Origin: a virus
Length of the DNA stretch: 64,000 nucleotides
Direction: 5' to 3' (one strand)
Virus record (IMG/VR): IMGVR_UViG_3300044644_001556
The translations under genes were made by a program, and so were the position numbers. The notes under the pieces are model-generated. The model searched no databases. It had not been told where the DNA came from and saw only the letters and a program-made list of their open reading frames with translations. The stretch's first letter is position 1; each line of letters opens with the position of its first letter. This document shows, piece after piece, positions 56,190 to 64,000 of the stretch.

Positions 56190-57173
56190 TTAGGTCGAAC
56201 TATTAGTTTCAGAACTAATCATCCCATTTATCATAATATTGATAATTTCATCCACTGAACTAATAATTCTAGATATAGAAATTGATTTATCGTCTACTAT
56301 AGTATATGATATATTATTGGTTTTACCGGAATTCGGATCATTTGGCGTATATTGAAATATACTACTAGAAACCAAACATGTATAATCACCGACGAATGGT
56401 GTGTTCCAACTAATTGTCGCTTCAGTTTCGTTAATTGGGAATTTAAAATGTCCGGATATAGTCATTAATTTTTCATTTAAAGATTCGGTTGTATAACTTA
56501 TTAAATCATTAACGTTAGTAATACCGCCGGTTATTGTAATATTAGTATCGGTGGTATGTTTAAAAATTGATTTATTATCAACGTAACTTTTATATGCTGC
56601 AGTATGCGACGTATAATACATTTCTGGTACGTGAATTATATTGGTCGTCGTATCTCCCGTATTCTTTAAATACCCATCCATACTACTATCGCCGGCATAT
56701 AAACAAGCACAAACTCGATCTTTTACGTATCTTTTAGTAGCTAATGCATTATCGTTACTAGATACCGTTAATAATAAAGGTCCGGTCATTTTTTTAGTAT
56801 TTCCGGATATATTAATATAATCAGATAATGTATTGTTTAAAATATCCTTAGTTACATAATTTTCTATAGTATTAAACTCGGCATTACATATTACATCCCA
56901 AGTTAAAAAAATAGGATCAATGCATAATTTTAATTGTTTGGTTGCAGAATCAAACCATAATTGACCTTCCAATACTTGGTTATTATAACCCGGTTCATAA
57001 TCATTATTAAAATTATCTAATAATTTTAAAAAATTTTGATTTAATAGTTTACCCCAATCGGTACTACTCCGACCGAATAAAGCTAAAGTAGTTTCATTAT
57101 TAATAGTATTCGGCTTAATTTCTATTGTCGATTTACTATCTAAAAATTTTATATAATAATTATCTGATATCAT
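56190..57173 (-). CDS. Fibre-like structural protein, type C
   Basis: PGY...EGQLWFDS, NYVT, VCAC. Confidence 0.75.
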   Translation of the reverse strand: MISDNYYIKFLDSKSTIEIKPNTINNETTLALFGRSSTDWGKLLNQNFLKLLDNFNNDYEPGYNNQVLEGQLWFDSATKQLKLCIDPIFLTWDVICNAEFNTIENYVTKDILNNTLSDYINISGNTKKMTGPLLLTVSSNDNALATKRYVKDRVCACLYAGDSSMDGYLKNTGDTTTNIIHVPEMYYTSHTAAYKSYVDNKSIFKHTTDTNITITGGITNVNDLISYTTESLNEKLMTISGHFKFPINETEATISWNTPFVGDYTCLVSSSIFQYTPNDPNSGKTNNISYTIVDDKSISISRIISSVDEIINIMINGMISSETNSST

Positions 57174-58189
57174 ATTAAATTACACTCATTCGTAATAACT
57201 GATGGGCTTTTTAATTCAGCTGATCTAAAACCAAATATAGTACCTTGAACTAATAAAGAACCAGTTTCTTCCGATCGTCTAAGAATAAATTGCGATCCGG
57301 ATAATACAGAAACAGAAACCCGTTTATGTAATGTTTTCGAATTACATACAATTGACATTTCATATTTAGTATTGTCGGTTTTTGTTGGTATGAATGCGAA
57401 TGGTAATGTAATAGTTTTATTTTTTTTATCTGGTAATGTACTACTAATACTAGTAGAAAAATTAATTACAGTAAATGCATTCGATTGATCTATTTTTCCA
57501 TTATCTAATAATCGACCAGTATTACGATAAGTAGTTATCATCATTTTTGTATCTGGATCTGCCGAATCAGTATAATTATAACTAAGAGTTGATAATTGAC
57601 CACAATTATCAACATACCCGACAGTAGCTGCTATATTTTTATTATCGAATCGAGATGGCGTTAATAGCAATAGCGATCCGGTCATATGAACTGAGCCGAC
57701 ATCCCGTTTCATATATTCCGATTTTACTTTAGATGGGATAACTGTATTTACGTATTGTATTGATACGGCTTCATTATCGTCAGTAAATTTTGTTTTTGAT
57801 GTTGTTATATCAACTGATTTAATATTTCCGGATAATGGTAAATAATTTACCAGCTCTTCTTTTAATGACATTGATCCGTTATTAATTGCTGGTATTTTAT
57901 CGACATAAACAATACCTAATGGGTCAGTATTAGGAGTGGTTATAATAGGCTGCCATTCAGTCGAGGTATAAACATTTAATTGTTTAGTTTCGTTATTATA
58001 ATATGTCTGACCTAATATCGGATTTTGTGGTTCATTGGGGCCGCAATAATTATTAGCTAATCTAATTAAATTAGTTAATAATTGCTCGCCGAAATTCGCA
58101 GCATCTGCTCCGACTAATACTAATGATGTTTCATTATTAACATCATCGATGGTATATGATTTTGATTGATTTGTTGATTTTATAATCAT
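57170..58189 (-). CDS. Fibre-like structural protein, type B
   Basis: GQTYYN, PNTDPLGIVYVDKIP. Confidence 0.75.
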   Translation of the reverse strand: MIIKSTNQSKSYTIDDVNNETSLVLVGADAANFGEQLLTNLIRLANNYCGPNEPQNPILGQTYYNNETKQLNVYTSTEWQPIITTPNTDPLGIVYVDKIPAINNGSMSLKEELVNYLPLSGNIKSVDITTSKTKFTDDNEAVSIQYVNTVIPSKVKSEYMKRDVGSVHMTGSLLLLTPSRFDNKNIAATVGYVDNCGQLSTLSYNYTDSADPDTKMMITTYRNTGRLLDNGKIDQSNAFTVINFSTSISSTLPDKKNKTITLPFAFIPTKTDNTKYEMSIVCNSKTLHKRVSVSVLSGSQFILRRSEETGSLLVQGTIFGFRSAELKSPSVITNECNLI

Positions 58190-59106
58190 GATGTAAACCC
58201 CGTAATCATATAATACGCCTTTACTGCTACTGAATGACCATGTCTAATAATTTTAAATTCACCGGAATTAATATTATCAGTAATAATAGCGCAATCTACT
58301 GTTATATTTTCATCAACTATATCAATTATGTTAACTTGGGCATTATAACCATATAATGGGATATAATTTGATATATTGATAGTTATTATATTAGATTCGG
58401 CACCAATATACGCTGTTCCGAAAATATGAATTAATTTAGATGGGGTAAACCTAACGATATTAATCGTTCCTTGTACTGCATTGCTAGTCGAAGTTAAAGA
58501 TAACCCTTCTCTAATCTCGATTTGCGTGATAGTATTATCTACGTAATCTACCGTAACAACTTGATTATTTACGGTCGGGAGTTCATTCTTTAAATATAAT
58601 TTACCGGTTGCTAAATCATTACCAGATAATGGAATATATAAATGATCTTGAGGTATTTTACTATCTACGTATTTTTTAGTAGCTGCAGTTTCGTCTAAAT
58701 CGGAGTCGTTATTATCACACAATAATAAAGAACCTAACATATTACCGCCGGTTATCGGTAAGTAATTAGATAATTTTGATGTTACTTCAGCATTTAATAC
58801 TGCGTCCGATGGAATTACTGGAGGTCGAGTATATCCAACTTCTCGATATCCATCCGCCGATTCTTTTACCATTAATTTATCATTTTTACTATCGAACCAT
58901 AATTGCCCAACCACATCATTTAATGGAGCTGTATCATCAGCAAAGTTTTCTAATAAATTTAATAAGTTCTGATTTACATGACTACCCCATGATGTGCATG
59001 ATTTACCAATCAGTGTTATTGGAGTATCAGTATTAATTGATTTATACGGCACCCGGATCGCCTTATTATCGACATTCGAAAATTCAATTACGTAATTATC
59101 AGTCAT
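58186..59106 (-). CDS. Fibre-like structural protein, type A
   Basis: GYTRPPVIPSDA, PSKLIHIFGTAY. Confidence 0.75.
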   Translation of the reverse strand: MTDNYVIEFSNVDNKAIRVPYKSINTDTPITLIGKSCTSWGSHVNQNLLNLLENFADDTAPLNDVVGQLWFDSKNDKLMVKESADGYREVGYTRPPVIPSDAVLNAEVTSKLSNYLPITGGNMLGSLLLCDNNDSDLDETAATKKYVDSKIPQDHLYIPLSGNDLATGKLYLKNELPTVNNQVVTVDYVDNTITQIEIREGLSLTSTSNAVQGTINIVRFTPSKLIHIFGTAYIGAESNIITINISNYIPLYGYNAQVNIIDIVDENITVDCAIITDNINSGEFKIIRHGHSVAVKAYYMITGFTS

Positions 59107-59162
59107 AAGACACCATTAATTCTTAATCGCACAGAAAACCCCATTAGATACATATATCGGTA

Positions 59163-59170
59163 TATTTATG
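59163..59170 (-). promoter_or_regulatory. T4-like late promoter (CATAAATA)
   Basis: Upstream of the six-gene fibre operon. Confidence 0.55.
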
Positions 59171-59222
59171 CGTCTAATAGGGTTATAAAACCAAAAACTA
59201 TTATTTAATAAACGAAATCGTT

Positions 59223-60107
59223 CTAGTTTAAGTGAACTAATTTGATATAATCATTAGTATGGATCATATTGCGTAAGTGGATTTTGCAACCCGCTGCATT
59301 TTTATGACCACCCCCTCCAAATTTTAATGCTAATTTACTGACGTCATAATCACCATTACTTCTAAATGATAATAAAACATCACCAGATCCAGTAACTGAA
59401 TAACATGCTCCGAAAGTTCCAGATTCTGATGCTAATGTATTTCCTAATTCCGAAATAAAAATAGATGAGCAATTAACTATTAATCCTTCTTGATCATCTA
59501 TAATACATTTAAATCCGTGTTTAGCTTGGAATTTAACTTGTTGCTTAATAAATGCATCGATCGATTTACCTTTTTCTAAAAATTGATCTAGGTAAGCTGA
59601 ATTTTGACAATTATCTATAAGTTCATTCCACTTAATAAAATCATGTTCTATTAAACTTAATGATTTATTGAACCAAGCAATATCTGGAATATAATGATTC
59701 CATAAATCGTAATTTGAAATATATTGAATAGCAATCGGAGCGTTAATATTAGGATTAAAATAATCCCAAGTTAATAATGCACCCGATTTAGACATATCAA
59801 AAATAGCAAAATCTAACCCATCTAATGCGGTTTGAGCTGATTTATGATGGTCTAATATCAAAACACTTTTCGCTACTGATTGTATTAATAAACAGTAATC
59901 TCGGGGAAAACTAAAATCGACGATATAAACTTCTTTATTTCGGAATAATTCGATATCATAATCAGTTTGATATTGAACTGGAAAATAATCGGCATCTTCC
60001 CCAAATTTGCGGTATATAACACACGCTGCACCGAAACCATCAGTACAGGATTTATGATAACAAACTAATATGTCTTTAATCAAATCGCTCGCTAATATTT
60101 CAGTCAT
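59223..60107 (-). CDS. DHH/DHHA1 phosphoesterase
   Basis: YH-x-x-C-x-DG, VDFS, LDHH, SGA, FGGGGH-x-x-AAG. Confidence 0.9.
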   Translation of the reverse strand: MTEILASDLIKDILVCYHKSCTDGFGAACVIYRKFGEDADYFPVQYQTDYDIELFRNKEVYIVDFSFPRDYCLLIQSVAKSVLILDHHKSAQTALDGLDFAIFDMSKSGALLTWDYFNPNINAPIAIQYISNYDLWNHYIPDIAWFNKSLSLIEHDFIKWNELIDNCQNSAYLDQFLEKGKSIDAFIKQQVKFQAKHGFKCIIDDQEGLIVNCSSIFISELGNTLASESGTFGACYSVTGSGDVLLSFRSNGDYDVSKLALKFGGGGHKNAAGCKIHLRNMIHTNDYIKLVHLN

Positions 60108-60618
60108 TTATACCAACCTTATCTAATTTTAAATATAAATCTTCGATGGTTCCATTATTTTCAATAATATAATCAACCAATGAATCATCAATTCCAGCTT
60201 CTGATACGTGATCAGAAACTAACCCAGTATCCCTAATTATTTTAATAATGATACCGCCATTATTTTTAATCCAATTTACTTCATTTTCAAATCGAACGTC
60301 TGGTATAACTACATTATTCGGCCCAATTTTAGAACTTAATATATTAACCCATATATTCGGATCAATCATATGCCTCCCCCATTCAGTTCCTAATGTAGCT
60401 GCTAATTTACGATAGGAAACTTGAATAAAAGGAATAGGGGTTTCTTTTAATTCATTGACGTACTTATCGATCGGAAAATCTCCGGCTAAAGCATAAACCA
60501 TATCTTTAATTGGAGAAGCAAATGATAAAATTTCATAATTATGTTTTTCATGGAAATAGGTCGCCGACGTATCTTTACCGGATCGCTTAAATCCAGCTAT
60601 ACCAATTATTTTTTTCAT
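60100..60618 (-). CDS. Deoxynucleoside monophosphate kinase, gp1-like
   Basis: GFKRSGKDT, SFA-x-PIK, LGTEWGR, DVRFENE, H-x-SE. Confidence 0.9.
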   Translation of the reverse strand: MKKIIGIAGFKRSGKDTSATYFHEKHNYEILSFASPIKDMVYALAGDFPIDKYVNELKETPIPFIQVSYRKLAATLGTEWGRHMIDPNIWVNILSSKIGPNNVVIPDVRFENEVNWIKNNGGIIIKIIRDTGLVSDHVSEAGIDDSLVDYIIENNGTIEDLYLKLDKVGIND

Positions 60619-61055
60619 TTAATATATCCGAATTGATTTAAGAATAGTTCAGTAATAGGTAATCGATTATATCGATACCACCAAATTTTACGTTGTAGTC
60701 GTTCAGTGATTCGAGCTTTAACTAAATTAAAATCTTTTTCTACCGGAACCCAATCATTAAATAAATCTTTCGGCCAAACCTCAGTCGGAAAATCATAATC
60801 ATTTTTAATTCCCCTTCGCGATAATTCAGATTTAATCAATAGATATCTATCATGTAAATATTTTCCTTTATTATAAAAGAAATAACAATGGCCAGTATTT
60901 AATGTATATTCCGGCGGTACTTTAGCCGGAACAAAACCATTCTTACTACGTAAAGTTCGCAATAAATTACTACATAACATTCTAGTTTCAACATATTCAG
61001 CTAATAAATGCTGGTCAGTTAAAATTTCAGGTTCAACAATATTAATTCGGACCAT
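60615..61055 (-). CDS. denV: Pyrimidine-dimer DNA glycosylase (endonuclease V)
   Basis: RINIV...LTDQHLLAEY-x-E, YTLNTGH-x-x-FFY-x-K, EL-x-x-RG. Confidence 0.9.
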   Translation of the reverse strand: MVRINIVEPEILTDQHLLAEYVETRMLCSNLLRTLRSKNGFVPAKVPPEYTLNTGHCYFFYNKGKYLHDRYLLIKSELSRRGIKNDYDFPTEVWPKDLFNDWVPVEKDFNLVKARITERLQRKIWWYRYNRLPITELFLNQFGYIK

Positions 61056-61576
61056 TAATTAATCTCCAAGGATTTTAAAATTTGATTAAAACGAGTTTCA
61101 ACATCACCACTTAATATAACAACTTTATCTTCGCCAATATATTGGATTACTTGTTCGTAAATAGCATTTACCTCATCTTGGAATTCTTTATCTAATGATC
61201 GAACTCCATCATCTACTATTTCAAACTCAGGTCTAATAAAAAATATTTTATCATAATCTGCAATTTGATTTAATGTATCTAATTGATTTAATAAAGTAGA
61301 GGCTTTAATCTTTTTATTATTAAATTGATATAATGTATAAGTAAAACAATCTAAAATACCACGATCTGCAATAAAATTATGCTTCTGTAAATTACTTAAA
61401 TGAGTTAGCATAATATCTTGCTGCGTCTTATCATTACCATCTACACCAAACGGATTACCTAATGATCTAGGAATACTAGTTACAAAATCGTAATCATTAA
61501 ATAAACCAGATTCTTGCATTTTATTAACTAATGTAGTTTTTCCAGTAGACTGGGTTCCAGCAAATACAATTTTCAT
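61055..61576 (-). CDS. P-loop nucleotide kinase (AAA_28/NadR-like)
   Basis: GTQSTGKTT, DRG-x-LD, DDGVRS; start re-placed at MKIVF after GGAGG. Confidence 0.8.
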   Translation of the reverse strand: MKIVFAGTQSTGKTTLVNKMQESGLFNDYDFVTSIPRSLGNPFGVDGNDKTQQDIMLTHLSNLQKHNFIADRGILDCFTYTLYQFNNKKIKASTLLNQLDTLNQIADYDKIFFIRPEFEIVDDGVRSLDKEFQDEVNAIYEQVIQYIGEDKVVILSGDVETRFNQILKSLEIN

Positions 61577-61700
61577 AATACCTCCATTAAAAAAATATAT
61601 TATAAAGTAATTAAATAATTTAATCAATCAAAAATAATACTATTATACTATAGACCTTTGTCTACATATCGTATATAATATTGTTTTTAATTAGGAGATA

Positions 61701-62189
61701 ATGATGCGTAAATCTAAAGATATAACGAAATTTGATATTGAATGGCAAATTAAACGCGTTAGTTTAAAAAGTTATAAAACGTATATTGAAAAATGTGATG
61801 TTGCGGCTGATTATCTAATGAAAAATAAAAATATTGCGGATCGAGAAAGAGTTTTAAATTATTTGGAAGGTTTATCTATGGCATATAAAAATGCAGATAG
61901 AAAATATATTTTAGATTTTAAAGATGAATTAGCTAAGATTGAAGTTACTGCGGAAAATAAATGTAATGTTAATTTAAATGAATTTAGTCATAAAGAATTA
62001 ACGTCTGTTGGTAAAGATTTAATGGTTCGTGCTAAAGGTTGGTTAAAAGATGGTTATAGAAATGAAGAATTATTAAATTTTTTAACTCGAGTTTTAGAAG
62101 CGACTAATGATACTAAAAGATTAAATCAATTAAATGAATTAATTGAATATAGTAAGTCGTTGCAGAATACACATAGTTTCTTTTTCTAA
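61701..62189 (+). CDS. Hypothetical protein
   Basis: AGGAG RBS. Confidence 0.7.
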   Translation: MMRKSKDITKFDIEWQIKRVSLKSYKTYIEKCDVAADYLMKNKNIADRERVLNYLEGLSMAYKNADRKYILDFKDELAKIEVTAENKCNVNLNEFSHKELTSVGKDLMVRAKGWLKDGYRNEELLNFLTRVLEATNDTKRLNQLNELIEYSKSLQNTHSFFF

Positions 62190-62205
62190 TAAAAATTTAA
62201 ACAAT

Positions 62206-62232
62206 AAAAAAGGGATCTTACGATCCCTTTTT
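62206..62232. terminator. Bidirectional terminator
   Basis: AAAAAAGGGATC-TTAC-GATCCCTTTTT. Confidence 0.85.
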
Positions 62233-62241
62233 ATTTGGAAT

Positions 62242-63102
62242 TTATTTTACAAAAGATCTAAATGTTTTAATATTATAATCTAATAATTCCATATCGAAGT
62301 CGGTATGATCTAAATAATCAACTAATTTCGTTCCTACTTTATTATCCAACCCATATTCCTCATATCGAATACCATTAATTGCATGAACGATTGGATTCGA
62401 CGTATCGCAGCTTTCTAAGAATTTAAATGCGGGTCTTTGATAAACAGGTTCTTGATCCCGATAATAGATAAATTCTTGCGGTACACTACAACCCAATAGA
62501 TGAGTAGGTTTAGTCGGTAAATTATCGCGAATAAACTCGACTAATAATGGTCTATTCATAGAATATTCAGCCAAACAAAACTGATCATAATTACTAAAAA
62601 TAGTCTTAGATGTAACTGCGGTTCCATCTTCATGATAAGAAATTGGCATATTATTATATCCCAATGCATTTACTAGGAATCGATAATTAAAACATAATGC
62701 AATCTTATCGACTTTATCGAACATTTGATGATAACAATCAATAAATTCATTTAATGTAGTTCCTTGAATTACTCCGATCTTAATGCCGGGTAAGTCAAAT
62801 TTACTATTCCATTCTTCGGCTTTATCTACGGTTGCTTTACCATTACCGATAACGTCAGGAATAATATATTCAGTCGGTTGTAATTTGCGAATCCAATCAG
62901 CATACTTATCTGAGTTAAATGCGGTTCCTAACTCGAATGCACTATTATCTAAAATAACAGTTCTATCTAATTCGATTGATTTTTTATAAAAATCATAATA
63001 TTCCTGATTTTCTTCAAATAAATGAACTAATGCGTAATCATAATCATTAAATTCTCTAGATTTTTCTAGCAATGCAATAGGTACTTCATGTGAAATTTTC
63101 AT
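62242..63102 (-). CDS. TGT-fold (DpdA-like) protein
   Basis: ILDNSAFE, IIPDV, GVIQG, HLLG and SCDTS match the tRNA-guanine transglycosylase barrel pattern. Confidence 0.65.
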   Translation of the reverse strand: MKISHEVPIALLEKSREFNDYDYALVHLFEENQEYYDFYKKSIELDRTVILDNSAFELGTAFNSDKYADWIRKLQPTEYIIPDVIGNGKATVDKAEEWNSKFDLPGIKIGVIQGTTLNEFIDCYHQMFDKVDKIALCFNYRFLVNALGYNNMPISYHEDGTAVTSKTIFSNYDQFCLAEYSMNRPLLVEFIRDNLPTKPTHLLGCSVPQEFIYYRDQEPVYQRPAFKFLESCDTSNPIVHAINGIRYEEYGLDNKVGTKLVDYLDHTDFDMELLDYNIKTFRSFVK

Positions 63103-63104
63103 TT

Positions 63105-63902
63105 TTATCCTTTATGAACAGTTTTAATTAAATGAGATATGTATTTTAATACATATCCTGGCTTATCGGAAGTTTTTATTAATAAATTTAAAGATAAATT
63201 AAATAATTCTAATTTAGTTGGATATTCTGGGATACTATATTCAATATCATTGTCTTTATACAATTCAATTAAATCACTAATTTCAATTTGTTCAGCATCT
63301 TCAGCATCCATCATTAATAGGATAGTTTTAAATAACCCGCTAATTTCTTTAGTGAAGGTATCGCGATGTTTATTATGAAATGAAATCCAATCATATTTGT
63401 GATGTAATCGTTTAAAATCTGTTGATAGGAAAACAATAGCTGCATCTTTTTTGATGTATGGGATTCCATTAATGATCGACATAAACGGGCTCCAATTATA
63501 AAATAATCCCGTTTCGTAAGTTACCCCATCATTTTCAAAAGTTGATATGCAATCATATTTACCTAAGGTAATATCTTTACTTAACGTTCTGCATCTTAGT
63601 CCTCGATTTACTAATAATGGTGTATTTTTAATATATCCCATTACGTCGATAAAATGCTTAATCTTTGTATTGCAATAATCAGAGTAAATAGAATCCCGAA
63701 AATCAATTAATTGATTCTCAATAACTAAAAACGTACCACCATTCAGCAAATCATTTATATGAAATAAATTCGATTTTTTATATAATTTTGTTATATTACT
63801 ATTTTCATTAAAAGTATGTTTAATTTTACCGTCAATTAAAATTTTCGGTAAATCATTTTCAATCGATGTTTCAATTGGCGATTTAATTAATAATTTATTC
63901 AT
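63105..63902 (-). CDS. Hypothetical protein
   Basis: ORF with RBS. Confidence 0.6.
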   Translation of the reverse strand: MNKLLIKSPIETSIENDLPKILIDGKIKHTFNENSNITKLYKKSNLFHINDLLNGGTFLVIENQLIDFRDSIYSDYCNTKIKHFIDVMGYIKNTPLLVNRGLRCRTLSKDITLGKYDCISTFENDGVTYETGLFYNWSPFMSIINGIPYIKKDAAIVFLSTDFKRLHHKYDWISFHNKHRDTFTKEISGLFKTILLMMDAEDAEQIEISDLIELYKDNDIEYSIPEYPTKLELFNLSLNLLIKTSDKPGYVLKYISHLIKTVHKG

Positions 63903-64000
63903 CGATATTCCTTTATTTTGTAAATTTAAAGTCCGGTTAATGGTAATTCAGTTAATACCCAATGGACGACGATTTGAATCTCAAATTAGGGGGCAGATTC

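Noticed and set aside
1813-63378. Other antisense or nested ORFs in the track (e.g. 1813, 5765, 10504, 21403, 28851, 31445, 33217, 34673, 34827, 42974, 46363, 48709, 54851, 55558, 58776, 62783, 63139)
   Set aside because: They overlap well-supported genes and show no recognisable motifs.
1-64000. Alternative genetic code (TAG/TGA recoding)
   Set aside because: Conserved genes are full length under code 11, and both TAG and TGA terminate genes at expected ends.
63925-64000. Possible structured RNA at the right edge (GAATCT/AGATTC stem)
   Set aside because: Truncated by the window end and lacks the CAGCAA motif; cannot be supported.

Overview
AT-rich 64 kb segment of a large T4-superfamily-like (jumbo) myophage genome; no host genes are evident and the standard genetic code fits. 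It carries late sigma factor gp55, gp46/gp47, RuvC, gp41-like helicase, primase, gp32 SSB, UvsX/UvsY/UvsW, DNA ligase, nucleotide metabolism genes (nrdAB, thyA, DHFR, dUTPase, kinases), chaperones (DnaJ, GroES), portal, baseplate genes and seven paralogous fibre-like structural genes. Most notable: (1) UvsW is a fractured gene: it holds a class 3 cis-intein in Walker A and a naturally split intein in the DECH box, and the two halves are separated by three unrelated ORFs. (2) A promoter-driven cluster of three AGATT-N4-CAGCAA stem-loop RNAs lies directly upstream of a Ro60/TROVE-like (DUF2828-type) vWA gene. (3) An unannotated gp51-like ORF has no start codon near its 5' end and is reachable from gp26 by a -1 frameshift on a T9 run. 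(4) The portal has two sister inteins 25 aa apart. (5) A stand-alone T7-RNAP/PolA-fold protein is present. (6) The six tandem fibre genes form a duplicated A-B-C triplet. All assignments come from motif recognition by eye; no searches or folding programs were run.
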